64,000 bases of DNA from Sarea resinae (Eukaryota): contig JAPEUD010000050.1 in the NCBI GenBank assembly GCA_026026165.1, positions 62,001 through 126,000 on the forward strand. Direction: 5' to 3'. The notes below the pieces were generated by a model. The model had not been told where the DNA came from and ran no database searches. It saw only the letters and a list, made by a program, of their open reading frames with translations. A program made the position numbers and the translations under genes. Shown piece after piece: positions 49,330 through 61,760 of the stretch. Positions within the stretch are counted from its first letter, which is position 1. Each line of letters opens with the position of its first letter.

Positions 49330-52281
49330 ATGAAGCGGTTCAAATCATCCAGCCTGCCCTTATGTCTCGTCGCCTTGCTTGTCTCAAACTCAAGGGCAGA
49401 TCTACCGTACAATCCGGCAAGGGTTTTGATGTCGGCGAAAGACAACGGTCTGGCATACATATTCTTACCCGCGAACGAATCCTCTTCAGACTTTCAATAC
49501 TTGCGGCTCAACATAACCTCGAACCTCGACGCATCGAGTCTGTCCTATGACACGCTATCACCATCCCTGCCTTTCCTCTCCTCTGACAACTCGACGGCCT
49601 TTACGCCAATCATAGATGGTGATGGGGATGTTTCCGTCTACGCAGGCAGCTGCGACCCCCTCTCTGGAGGGTCAAGCATCTGGCGCTTCATGCCGGAAGA
49701 AGCGGCGGGCAAGGGCCGAACAGGAGCATGGAGTCAGCAGTCAGTTGACTTGGGTCAGCTGAATACGCTGAACGTGCTGAGTGGTGCCAACTTCCTGTCG
49801 GCCGGGATTTCCTTTTCCAGTGCCGCAGACGGAGATGCTGCGAATTCGACATTCTACATCTTTGGTGGCATGTGTCCTAGCAATCACTCCTCTTCAGCTT
49901 CATGGCAGTCTTCCGCCGACTACTCCAATTATATGCTGACCTTGACGCCGGCTGCTTCACACGATGCAGGCCCATCTAACACAAGTTACAGTTTGGGCTT
50001 GAGCTCTAGCCGTGGCCCACCTGTGGCGGAAGCAGGCTTCAGCATTACCTCATTACAGCCGACATATTCGAATCAGACAGGAAACTATCAGAGCCAGCAA
50101 GAAGACTTTGTGCTTATTGGAGGCCATACTCAGTCAGCGTTCATCAACATGTCACAAATCGCCTTATTTTCACTGCCTCAGCAAGGTTGGACCTTCATAT
50201 CTGTGGACGCGGATTCTTCCGAGGCCAAAACTGATCTGGCGGCTCGAAGTTCTTCAACGGATGTGGACCCACGATCTGGCCATACTGCGGTCTTGACTCC
50301 GGACGGGAAGAAAATAGTCGTATTCGGTGGATGGGTCGGGGATGTCACTAACCCTGCTGAGCCTCAGTTGGTCGTGCTCAATGTTGGCGAGGGCTACGGA
50401 GGCGAGAGTGACTGGAGCTGGTCTGTCCCGTCTCCTACTGGGGGCGGTCCAGATATTTCATCGGGAATATACGGTCACGCTGCTCTGATGCTGCCGGGAG
50501 GAGTAATGATGATCATTGGAGGCTATTCGATCCCCGCATCCAAGACGAAGGCAAAGAGGGCGAACCCAGATATGAATTCCGATGTCTACTTTTTCAACGT
50601 GTCATCCAGCGCGTGGATGACAACCTACGTTCATCCCTCCATTGCTTCTTCTTCCGTCTCGCACGTATCGCAATCTGGGCCCTTGTCATCAATCTCTCAG
50701 AAGGCGGGATTCGGAACCGGTATTGCACTTGGCTTATCTGCGGTCGGTGGGGCGATTGCCGTATTTGTGCTTTATTCCCGCCGGCTGAAGCGTCGGCGTG
50801 AAATCAGAGAAAAAGAGCTCCACGACCTTGCTCTCACCGCTCATCGATTCGGTGGTCTAGACCTAGCAGACGAGTACTGCAGTGGACAGATTGGTGGCAG
50901 GAACGACATGGAGTGGATCGGAGATCGGCAACGAGCCGCGCGTGAAGCAGCTTATCCTTATGGCGCTAGGGTGCATGATGGGGCGTCAGGGGAAGGGCCG
51001 GGGTGGAAAGCGCATAGCGGAACAGACGCCGAACGGACAGGGCTACTAGTGGAGATACCGAGTCCTACGAGAGGTCTAAGAAGAAGCTTGCATTCTCGGG
51101 CTACCTATGCTCCAAGCCCACGATACGAAGATCTGAGACGGAGCGGAGGCTCAGGTGCAATCCATGTCATAAACGAGAGCGAGGAATACGATGAGCCGGA
51201 GATGCAGCCTTCTTATACGGACCTTGAAATGAGCGAGAGAGGGGACAGCGGCCTGATCCCCAAACCTTTAAATCTTGATCCGTTTCGAGATCCTGATCCT
51301 TCAACGAGCAATGCCGGGGCCGACGCTCCATGGGCCCACCACTCGCCTGCTCGTGAGCGCGAACGTGAATTGCAGGCCTGGGTCCAGGACTGGGCTGCTG
51401 CTGACGTTCTTCTTCACAGTCCAGGCAGGAACTCACCAGATAAGACCGACCGGACCTCGTCAACTCTCAGCGATCGCTCCATGCACTCTTTGACTTCGGC
51501 TCGATCGGCACCACATACGACGGTCCAAGGCCGCAGTAGTTCGCAGACCCCACAGTCGTTCAACAGAAAGAGTCCTTCACCTACTTCGGACCACCAAGGT
51601 CGAGGTTCCCCGAGCAGTTATGGTCGGAGCCAGAGTTTGACACTTCAGCCTCGACCGAACACGGCCAACACAGGCGACTCCTTTGCTACTGCTGCGACTT
51701 CCTTTGCTCAGCTCCAGGCCGAAGGCGAGACGCTCCTGGGTGGAAGAGCCTCAGGCGTCAGCAGCTCGGGGCCCAGCAGTCCGAACAGGTCTCGCGCTAA
51801 AGCGTTCGGTTGGATTGGTTCCGTACGCAGAGCCCTCCCTTTTTCGGGAGAAAGAGGCACGTCCTCCTCTCCCTCACCAACGGGAGACCGCAGCTCTTCG
51901 TCTTCTCCCATTAAGCATTTCCATCACAGTGACGGGTTGCCTAGACGTGCTGCCAGCGCCTCGGCAGCCGTCTGGAGACAGAGGAAAGGTGCCGCGGACT
52001 GGGATGTCGCTCGTCCTGCAGACGGGGGCTCGCACGAGGGTAATCTGCTGGCCGAGGACAACGACGAGTGGGACGTGGAAGCCGCCATCGAGAATCGCGT
52101 CGTGCAAGTCATGTTCACGGTGCCGAGGGAGAAACTGAGAGTCGTCAACCAGGATGTCGAACGAGCTAGTCTCAGCGACGTCGGGGACGTGGAAGAGTAC
52201 GGGAAGAGAGAACAGGGGGATGAAGATGTAGCTGCCCGTGGAACATCAGAGGCCAAAGGCAAGGAGCCTGCAACGGAATGA
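49330..52281 (+). CDS. Single-pass membrane protein with extracellular kelch/galactose-oxidase-like beta-propeller
   Basis: Signal peptide MKRFKSSSLPLCLVALLVSNSRA; kelch-like YIFGG, LIGGH, RSGHTAVL...VFGGW, YGHAA...IIGGY; TM segment AGFGTGIALGLSAVGGAIAVFVLY followed by RRLKRRR; Ser-rich tail ending WDVEAA...VQVMFTVP--KLRVVN. Confidence 0.88.
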   Translation: MKRFKSSSLPLCLVALLVSNSRADLPYNPARVLMSAKDNGLAYIFLPANESSSDFQYLRLNITSNLDASSLSYDTLSPSLPFLSSDNSTAFTPIIDGDGDVSVYAGSCDPLSGGSSIWRFMPEEAAGKGRTGAWSQQSVDLGQLNTLNVLSGANFLSAGISFSSAADGDAANSTFYIFGGMCPSNHSSSASWQSSADYSNYMLTLTPAASHDAGPSNTSYSLGLSSSRGPPVAEAGFSITSLQPTYSNQTGNYQSQQEDFVLIGGHTQSAFINMSQIALFSLPQQGWTFISVDADSSEAKTDLAARSSSTDVDPRSGHTAVLTPDGKKIVVFGGWVGDVTNPAEPQLVVLNVGEGYGGESDWSWSVPSPTGGGPDISSGIYGHAALMLPGGVMMIIGGYSIPASKTKAKRANPDMNSDVYFFNVSSSAWMTTYVHPSIASSSVSHVSQSGPLSSISQKAGFGTGIALGLSAVGGAIAVFVLYSRRLKRRREIREKELHDLALTAHRFGGLDLADEYCSGQIGGRNDMEWIGDRQRAAREAAYPYGARVHDGASGEGPGWKAHSGTDAERTGLLVEIPSPTRGLRRSLHSRATYAPSPRYEDLRRSGGSGAIHVINESEEYDEPEMQPSYTDLEMSERGDSGLIPKPLNLDPFRDPDPSTSNAGADAPWAHHSPARERERELQAWVQDWAAADVLLHSPGRNSPDKTDRTSSTLSDRSMHSLTSARSAPHTTVQGRSSSQTPQSFNRKSPSPTSDHQGRGSPSSYGRSQSLTLQPRPNTANTGDSFATAATSFAQLQAEGETLLGGRASGVSSSGPSSPNRSRAKAFGWIGSVRRALPFSGERGTSSSPSPTGDRSSSSSPIKHFHHSDGLPRRAASASAAVWRQRKGAADWDVARPADGGSHEGNLLAEDNDEWDVEAAIENRVVQVMFTVPREKLRVVNQDVERASLSDVGDVEEYGKREQGDEDVAARGTSEAKGKEPATE

Positions 52282-52857
52282 ATCGGACATACGGCTCGAA
52301 GGCGTTTTTGGGTCTTGGGGATCTTCATGGGCCTGGCAGGCAGCTTTTGCGAAAGTTTGGCGTTTTTCTTTTTTTTTGTTTCTCCGTGTTTGTTTTGTTA
52401 GGGGCTTCTCCTTGTGCTGCTTGTAGCGACGGGTGGGATCTTTGGCTTGGCTTTTTATCTGGCGGTGGAAATATCTTTGGCCACACACAATGTTAAGTCG
52501 TCGAGCTGGCCATTTCGGGATACTAGAAGGCTGGGCTGGACATTCGTATACAGTTCTGCCTCTGACGTCTTGGAGAGGAAATCAAATGGGTGTAGTATAT
52601 TCTGAATATTTTTGAATGCCCATATGTCTTATCACAGCGAGAATGAAAACCCTCACGCGCGATTTTTGAGGTCTATGGTCTAAGAGCTGAATTGGTTGGT
52701 ATATTGTGACTCTGATGAGTGAGCTAAGACTTAAGACGGTACATCCCACGGAACAGAGGAGGGGATATCAAGAAAAGACATGGCGTGTGATAGATAGATA
52801 AAGCCTTGCACAAAAAGCGCATCCATCCAGCCTTAAGAGCCCCCCGGCCCCTCCCAT

Positions 52858-53747
52858 TCAGACCACGGCCTGGCTGGTGCTCTTCTCCAACCCCACCTTT
52901 GCGGCAATCTCCAGCGCCTCGACGACCTTGTGGGGCATGCTCAGGAACGGCGAATGCGAGGCGGCACAGCGGAAGGTGGTGATGTCGCCCATGCCGGCGG
53001 CCATGAGTTCCTGGATCGGCAGCGCGATGGCCTGGTCGTTTTCGCAGAACAGGAACATGCACGGGATGTCGTGCCAGGGCTCGTAGGCCACGGGGGCCGT
53101 GTAGACCTGGGTGCAGGTGTGCCGGAGGAGCGAGATCCATTTCTCTTGCTCGGGGGCGGCGAGGTCGTGGTAGAAGATGTTTTCGGGCGTTTCGGCGAAG
53201 CAGTAGTCACCCTGAGGCAGGCATGTCAGTGGGCTCGAGCTCGAGCGTCAAGAACGCGAAGAAGCCCTTCTTCTGTCGAAGAGAGGAAATCATCACGAAA
53301 TAGCAATCAATCGCTTACGTCGACCTTCATCCACGGCAGATATTGCCCGCCCAGCATGTCCAAGACGCTTTTCCCCTTTTGTCCCACAAAGGCGGACATG
53401 TACACCATCATGATGACGCCGCCCTTCTGGCCCGCCTTGGCTCGTTGAGCGTGGCCCAGGTCTTGGACGGCGTCGGCGCCCACCAGGCCACCGTACGAGT
53501 GCATGATGACAATGACCGCCTTGCCCTGGTCGGCGAGCTCCTGAACCTGGGAACGCACGGCGGCAACGTCGTCGGCGAAGGTCTTCGTGGGCGGCTCAGC
53601 GCCAACAGCGGGAAGCGCCACCGCTTCGCTCTCGAAGCCGCGTTCGGCCAGCTGGGCCCGCACCGCGTCGAAGCCCTGCGGGAGGTGCCATGCCCCTGGA
53701 CAGAAGACAATGGTGGGCTTTGCGGTTGAAACAGCGTCAGCGGCCAT
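52858..53747 (-). CDS. Alpha/beta hydrolase (Abhydrolase_6, methylesterase-like)
   Basis: IVFCPGAWH, HSYGG nucleophile elbow, CENDQA, ASHSPFLS; intron 53318..53212. Confidence 0.92.
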
Positions 53748-54978
53748 GATGAATGTTTTTCCGAATAATGAGAGAGGAAACAAGGAGATGCAGGATCAAT
53801 GACGGGTCGTAATCCGAATAGATTAAAAAGCTCATGGGGGGGTGAAGAAGGGGAGGGGAGGAGCGCCGACTCTTCTCTTTCAAGGATCTCTCTTCTTCTC
53901 CAAGGGTCTCTCTCTCTCTCTCTCTCTTCTTCCGCCATGACTACATAGTACTGACTACTGACCACGGTTTGGCCTTTCATGAAGGAGCGGAAACAGGCCC
54001 GTCGCCCACTTGCAATCGGTGCCTGGGACCCTCTCGCACATGCCCCTACGGATCGTCAAACAGAAAAAAACAGCAGAGCAGATGCAGACCGGCAGTGAGT
54101 TCTGGCAGTCCAGTATCAGCAACAAGAAGAGTGGGGAGTCTCAGGGCGCGTGGGGTTTTTTTCCCTCTTCCACGGCGAACTTACTAGATTCAGATCGCGG
54201 GCCGCCCCCAGTCCGTACCAGTGATCATTGATCTGAGTGTTCTGCTGCTCTGGAGGACCGAAGTAGTAGACGCGGCGACCGCTCCTTTGCGGACTCTAGT
54301 GGTCGAGGGAACGAGGGCTAGAGCACGTCCGGAGTAGGGCTTAAATGATGCGCAAGCGAGACCCACTTCGAGCGGTGACTATCATCTGGAATTGTGCACT
54401 CTGACACGCCAAGTCTGGCCGCGCCTGGAGATTTGGCATCGAAGCTTTTGCTCCATGGCAGTGCTCCGTCGTCGTGCTAGAGAAGCGTCGTGATGGCAGC
54501 TGATGATCCAAGGCCTTAGACGCCGGTTGGCGCGCTATATGCGAATAGTATCGTACCATCCTCCCATCCAGGCAAGGAGAACGAATGGATCTTCGATAGT
54601 GTACATAGTAGGCATCATTGACGACGGTCGATCCCCGGATGAGGCATGAAAGAAAGGCGCCTGGCGCGATAGAGGAGTCTCGCCGCATACCTCAGCATCA
54701 TTACCGAAATCGCATGCCTGCAGTCTGATTCATACACACCACCTTACTCGTACACACTACTAGCACTCCAATCTGGTACGAATACTCTACATACTCAATC
54801 TTCCAACCTGGTCAAACGTCAGCGTTCGGGATTCTACGAAATCCGAATTGATCCCTCCTTGGTCCCTCCTTGGTCTCCTTGGTCTCCTTGGTCTCCTCCT
54901 TGACCTCCCCTAGATGCCTCCCTGATCCCTCCTCCTCCTCGATGCCTTTCTGATGCCTTTTTTCAGATACCTTGCCAC

Positions 54979-54979
<1 letters not shown>

Positions 54980-55014
<35 letters not shown>
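54980..55014. repeat. Poly(C) homopolymer, 35 nt
   Basis: Direct count in the sequence. Confidence 0.9.
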
Positions 55015-55972
55015 TTCTCCACACCCTCCCCTTCCTCCCCTAGCTGCAGATTATGGGTCCCCTTCCAAGTTCGTACTCTATGCTGGGTGGCCTACAGGAT
55101 CATCTGCCGGTTGGGTTGCGACGCACTATCCCTCGTCGCTTGCGGCTAAAGCCCCGCCTCAGACGGTAGCATCTGTTTCCCCCTGAGTGACTACCCCCGG
55201 ACCTGAGGATCCGAAAATCGCCCATCCCTCATCGAGATATCATTCTCCGACGAGATTCTGACAAGGCGATTGATTCAGCCCATCGGGCAATTGTCCCCAG
55301 AAACACCTGCGATCTACCGTGTACTCGACCGTCCAATGCGAGTGTGATGAGCACGGCGTACCGCCTATCTCGTACCTTGCACGCCCATAGCGCAGCAGGC
55401 ACCACCATCCAGCCCCCATCCAACGGTCAAGCCGCACACAAAACGCATGATCTGCGCTCCGTCTCTCCAGATGCTGCCCAGTTCCGGGGCCATGGTCCGT
55501 TCGTGTTCGTCACGGTTAACCGTAACGGTGGATCAAGACCGATGGAGATGTTTCTTAGGTCACTAGCCCAAGAGGCAGTCGGCAGTCCTCGATCCTCGAT
55601 TGCATATCTTGTGTTTGGAGTTGTGCTCGAGCAGAGACGAGATGCTCGCTTTTGCATGGCAGTCTCTGCCAAATTCCCCGTTCTATTCTCATGTGAAGCT
55701 TGGACCTGTAGACCCCCCCCCCCCGGCTCGCTCTCCTTCTCCAACGGCCGGACCTTGGATGTCTCTGAGCCAGATCGACGAGCCACGGACTGAGCACTCA
55801 TTATGGCAATTTTGACCTGCATGTTCTCCCACTCTTCCTGTCTTCTGTGATCTCGGATCGATCGATATAAACCAAGGCGGTCACCTGAACGCCTTCGGGC
55901 TTGCTATTCCTTTCTGTTTGACCCGCACGTTCGTTACTTCAATTTGTCGTTGTTTTGCGTTGAGCGTTCGGA

Positions 55973-57390
55973 ATGGCCTCGAGCTCGCCACTTCCTGCTG
56001 ACTTGCACGCAAGCACGCAGTCGAGTCAGAGAGCAACGACAATAGCCCTGACCGTCCTCGCTGCTGTCTTCGTGGGTCTGCGCTTCTTTGCGCGATGGAC
56101 GAGAGGGGTTGGATGGGGCGCTGATGACTGGGTCATTCTTTTGGCATTGGTAAAGAGCCCCCTCGATGTCGTAGCAAGATGAGTGCTCACGGGTGTTAGG
56201 TCTTTTGCTTTGGTATCTGCGGCATGAATCTGGGCAGTAAGTCTCCCGTGGCGTTCGCTCCTAGATCGTCTGAATTCTAGCTGATCCCGAATAAAGTGGT
56301 TCATTACGGAATGGGCCTTCACATTGCAACCTTGTCTCAGTACCAAGTCACCAAAATCCTCAAGGTAAGCCTTTTAGAATCTTGGCCATCTGGCCAACCG
56401 TTGCATTGCATTTGCCTGTGCTGATATCCTTTGTCCAGCTCCTGATGGCTTTTGAGTGTGTCTATTGTACCGCGGTTGCGATCGTGAAGATCTCCCTACT
56501 GCTGATGTACTGTCGCATCTTCCCGCTGCGAGGCTTCACGGTCGCAGCATGGATTTTGGGCTCCATTGCCGTGGCCTGGGCTATCGCCATCAACTGTGTT
56601 AGCATCTTTCAGTGCAATCCCATCCGGAAGGGCTGGCTTCCATGGCTCCCCTACGGCCACTGCATCAATCTCAAAAAGTCCTTCATTGGCAATGCCGTGC
56701 CGAATATTCTTACCGACGTCGCCATCCTTTCGATGCCTATTCCTCAGGTCTGGAAACTGAACGCTACCACGGCTCAGCGCGTTTCTATCATCTGCGTGTT
56801 CTTATTAGGGACATTGTAAGCGCGCATCTTCCCAAATATGACATCAACACGGGTGTAGACACGCAGGCTTATCACCTTTCTAGCGTTCTTTTCGCCAGTA
56901 TCTACCGTTTCGTCACCGTCTTCAATTTCAATCCAGAGGACGTTTCGTGTAAGAGCTCGACCGTCTTATCATACGCTGGCCGACTAATTGGCTCTTCGCA
57001 GGGACTCTCGCCAAGGCCTGCACCTGGTGCGTCGTCGAAGTCGCCTCTGGCATTATCAGCACCTGCCTACCCACCCTACGTCCCCTTCTTCGCATGGTCT
57101 CCACACAGTTCAGCTCGGGCGTCAAGTCCAAGACGAAGACCCGCACGGGCGACTTGGCCACGGTTGGAGGCAGCGGAGCCCGAAACCTGAGGGGTAGCAA
57201 CAGCCACTTCCATCGGCTCAACGACTTGGTCTTGCGCCCGCAAAAGGACGACAAGTTGACGACGACGATATTACAGTCCGAGGGAAGGGATGATTCGGAC
57301 TCGGATGGCATCCCCCTCAACAACATCCACGTGCGTACCAGCGTCGAATGGCATGAAGGAAGTAGGCATGGCCACGCCGAGATTGTCTAG
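55973..57390 (+). CDS. PTH11-like integral membrane protein (fungal rhodopsin-type domain, no CFEM)
   Basis: LRF-AR...GADDW, GMGLH, KISLLLMY-RIF, IFQCNPI--GW, N--TDVAIL-MP---VWKL, W-VVE---GII--CLPTLRP; 6 exons with canonical introns. Confidence 0.92.
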
Positions 57391-57899
57391 TGTCTGGCCG
57401 TCATGAACATTGTTTCCTTGCTGCCAACTCGCGCTGCTTCATATACTGGGTGGTCACGGATCCTTTGTGTTTGGGTTTCTGGGTACGGAATAGATGGACG
57501 ACGTCAATTTCTGAACAATCGGCAAGGGCAAAGTGTATGTAAATGGGGCCGGGCCGCTATTGTCTGTTATATACATATGGGTTTGGTTAGATATCCCAAT
57601 TCGTACATATGGGTCTGATTCTCCATGGAGTCGAGGCATCTGTTAGATACTATATCAAAGACCCTCCCGAGCGTAAGTGGCGGGGACAAGATCACAAAGC
57701 ACGCATCCGGCAGTCTGATACTTGAGGCGAAGAAAACGGGTCAGAGAGACGCACGGCAAGGGCAAGCAAGATACGCCGCTGTTGGTGGTTCGATCGGTCG
57801 AGCCACACACACATGGCACGGACTCTTGAGGCCTCATTTCTCGAGAGCAGGGCCATGCCCATCCCATCCCCATACACACCTTAGTACGCCGTCTACGCC

Positions 57900-59735
57900 G
57901 TCTACACCAGCCCCACTGGAGCCACCATCTCGAATAGGAGGTGGGTGGACAGATGGACAGACAGACAGTACACCATAGTAGTAACAACCGCGCTTGCGCC
58001 TGCGGAGCCCCTTCCCGAAAGGTTCCCCTGGAAGGTTCCACTTTATCCCACCATGGATGGGCCAGGGCTTTTCTCTTCTCTACTCTACTCTACTAACGAG
58101 ATTGGATCGGCCAGCCAGCCAGCCATCTGCCGCACTGGCTCCGAGCGAAGTTATGGTCACCTCCGCTTTGCTTTGCTTTGCTCTGCACATCCGTCGTGGG
58201 AATTGCGGCGCCTCGTTATTATTGAGGGGAGGGGATGATGGCGGAATGAAGGCGGCATGCCTGGACTGTCACGGGGCATTTTATATGCACTATCACGGGA
58301 TACTGGATACCAGGTACGATGTGAGGAGAGGGAGCTAGATGCATCACAAAGCATTAAGCCGTTGGTGTCGTATTCGGTGAAAAGTTAGGTTATCCATCAA
58401 GCCGATTCCTTACCCTTTCCCCCTCCCTGCCTCCGGGCGTGCTCGCACAACGGGGCCGGTCGCCACGATCTTCGTTCCACGTCAAACGGCTTCGTAGATT
58501 CCTCTCTCTCTCTCTCCTCTATCTCTCTCTCTATCTCTCTGGTATCATATCAGGCGCGGGAAGAACGTCAGCGCCGCATCTCGAGCTCTGGCTTTACGCT
58601 CTTGACATAGTATACTCGACGTCTGCCTTCCAGCACCACAGCACCACCACAGCAGCAGCAGCAGCAGCAGCAGTACCGCACCCTCCATATCCGCCTCCTC
58701 CGCAAACACACCAGCTCTTCTCCCCTCTCCCAGGATACCGGGCTTTGGGGGGCGGTGATTCCCAAGAGACCGATGGCTCGCTCGGTCCGCCCAAGACCTG
58801 GGATGAAGCATGTGCTGTTTGTTGAAAAATGGCATCGAGGGTGCTTCTGGAGACTAGAAAGTGTGGGGCATGGCCTTAGAGAGGCAGGCAGGCAGGCAGC
58901 TTGCTAGTCGGTCCCACTACAGGACGGCGAACTGGCCCCCCTTCCCCTTCTTTCTCTCTCTGGGATCGATGGCCTTACAGCGTCTGAGCTCTCAAGTCCT
59001 AGATTCTCCTCCCGGATATATTCATAATCCGCTGATAGGGGGCCCTGGCACCGCGACGAGGCTGGCTGGACAATCGGCGGCTCTCCGTCCATCTAGTCTG
59101 AGAAACATAACAGCACAGCATGTTGGCGGAGCGAAGACCCTCGTGGAGGGTGGAGGGACTTAGCCGACTGCGCGCAATTGTTACGCTGGCTCGGCCATCA
59201 TGATGGCAAGATCCCGCCGCCACGACGTAGGCATTAAGGTTAGGCGTCTTCAGGCCTGATCTAATACGAAGGGTTCTGTTTCTTGGAGACGTCGTGACGG
59301 GGACGTTTGCGGTGTTGTCGCTGCTGATGCTGCTGCCGCTGTCCCGAGGCCAGACACTCCCAGCTCCGTCGAAAACAAAACGGCATAGCCGCTCCATTTG
59401 GATTGATATTTCCGCAGACCTCGCCTCAGCATCGCCGGCGCACCTCACGACCCGAAACATCTTTATCCTCGTCTTCCTCTTCGTGCAGCCGAACGCCTGG
59501 GCCCAGGCCTTGAGAATGATGCCGATATCTGATTCGGATCCAGAGCCTCGCTCCATGTCCCACAGGGATGGGTATCACTCCACGAGCACGGGGTCCGGAG
59601 ACGTGAGAATGGTCGTTTGCGGCTCTTTTACCGTGCCTTGCAGGACCCCTCCTATTCTCCTCTTCTCCTCTTCTCCTCTTCTCCTCCTCTCGACCATCTT
59701 CCGTGAACCCTAAACACTACTAATCCCCCCCTTTT

Positions 59736-59767
<32 letters not shown>

Positions 59768-61750
59768 TCATTCAAGACCTGACCCGCAGAACCTGCAGGA
59801 CATGCTATATCACTTCCTAGCGACTCCAGCAACCCAAGCAGCAGCAGTAGTCACACACTGCAGGTAAGGTAAGGTAAAGTAAGGTATCCGGGATCCGGGA
59901 TCCATGTTCCGATAACGGCCGCCCGCCCATTTGCAAACGCGGGTATCACAGTGACGGACCGCGGTGTTTGATACTCGAACGCCAATGCTAACGCCAGCGT
60001 CAATGCTAATGCTAATGCCAGCGCCAATGCTAAGGCTAATGCTAATGCCAGGACGTCTGGCTCCCGAGGCGCGCGGAAACGGCTTCCACATTCACATTCG
60101 CTTCCACCGCTTCCACGTCCACATCAGTGCTAAGCGCTCAACAACCCATCAACCAAACAACCAACCAACCAAACAAACAAAGACAGAGCCCAACCCCGCA
60201 GCACAACAGAACCTCAAACCGGAAACCCCAAAGTCCCCCCTTTCCTCCCTCCCGCTCCCCCTCCCCCCCGAAACATAGACGCACATATATATCTATCACT
60301 ATCACTACCATTACCACTATCACTACTAATACATCCACATCCACACCATACAGCCGTGCCCATAAGCGTTAGAAGCGCTCGAGGGATCTGGGCCTGGTCT
60401 GGTCTGGCCTGCCCGCCCGCCCGCCCGATGCGATGAGAAACCGCGGGGAATCCGGCCGGGGTGGGGGGGCACGGCGTGAGGGGCATCCGGAGGGGAAATA
60501 AACGAGGGGGAATGGAATGATCTGGTTGTTTTGAAGGGGGGTGGAGTGGAAGTGGAAGTGGAAGTGAAGTGAAATGATGCATTCACCCCAACCCCCGTCC
60601 CCCCGTCTCCCGCCTGTCTCCCGCCTTTACCCCCCTTTCTTTTGCGCTGGATGGAGACACGGGGAGGGTGGTTAGTGTTAGGTAGTCAGTTAGTATAGAA
60701 CAACAGTACTGTACTATGCTATCCCATCCCATCCCATCCCATCCCATTCTATCCCATCCATCCCATCCTATTCAAGCATTCAAGCATTCATTCATTCCAC
60801 CCATCCATTCAATTCAGACAAACAAGACACCGCCTCCACATGGAAGTATAGAAGCATAGAAGTATCTACGCAAGCAACACAACTCACATAACTCACATAA
60901 CTCACACAACGAACACGACTCACAACGAACACAACGAACAACTAACAACCAACAACTGACAACTCACACAATTATCACAAAGACGATATTGAGTAAGCCA
61001 AACTATGCCAAACTATGCCACACTATGCCCAAGTACACCAAGTACACCAAGTACACCAAGGACACCAAGTACACCAAGGACACCAAAATGAGACAAACCG
61101 AACCGAACCAAACTTTATTGCAATTCAACTCAATCCAATTCAACTCAACTCAAGTTGATTCAACTCGAGAATAACATAGAAGAGACTGAAAGGGACGGAG
61201 GGAGGATGGTGAGAGTGGTTGCGGCTGTGTGGTTTGTGAGCGTGGTGGGGGAAAGGGGGAGGACTAGACTAGACTAGACTAGACTAGTAGGACAAAAACA
61301 GGAACATGAACAGTAGCAGAGACAGGAGCAGGAAATAGATGTGGATTTAGATGTGGATTTAGATGTGGATTTGGCGCTCGGGCTTGGGGTCGGGCTTGGG
61401 TTTGGGCTCTTCACGGAACGGAAGTATATAGAGCACGGCAGAGCATGTCAAGGGATGTCAGGGAATGTTATGACACGGCATGGCACGGCATGGCACGGCA
61501 TGGCACGGCATGAGTACCTAGGCTGAGAGGTAGAAATAGAGGGAGAGAGAGTAGGAGAGGCAGAGGGAATCTTTCATGCATCACCAACCAACCAACCAAT
61601 GTAGCGTAGCATAGCATAGCAAGCAAGCAAGCAAGCACACCTCCCATGCATGCCATGACAATCACAAAAAAAAGGCCACAGAAAGAAAAAACACAAAACA
61701 AAGACGTTCCGTCCCGCTGGCTCCGACATCACCATCAATACCAACATCCG
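57900..61750. repeat. Long microsatellite/minisatellite-rich convergent intergenic tract
   Basis: (CT)n, (CAG)n, (TTTC)n 59735-59769, (ATGCTA)n, (CATCC)n 60721-60746, (ACACCAAGT)n, (GACTA)n, (GGCATGGCAC)n. Confidence 0.88.
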
Positions 61751-61760
61751 CATTCACAGC

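Noticed and set aside
58999..59713. Overlapping 185-aa and 139-aa ORFs in the repeat-rich gap
   Set aside because: No recognisable domain or coherent splice model; a small gene cannot be excluded but is unsupported
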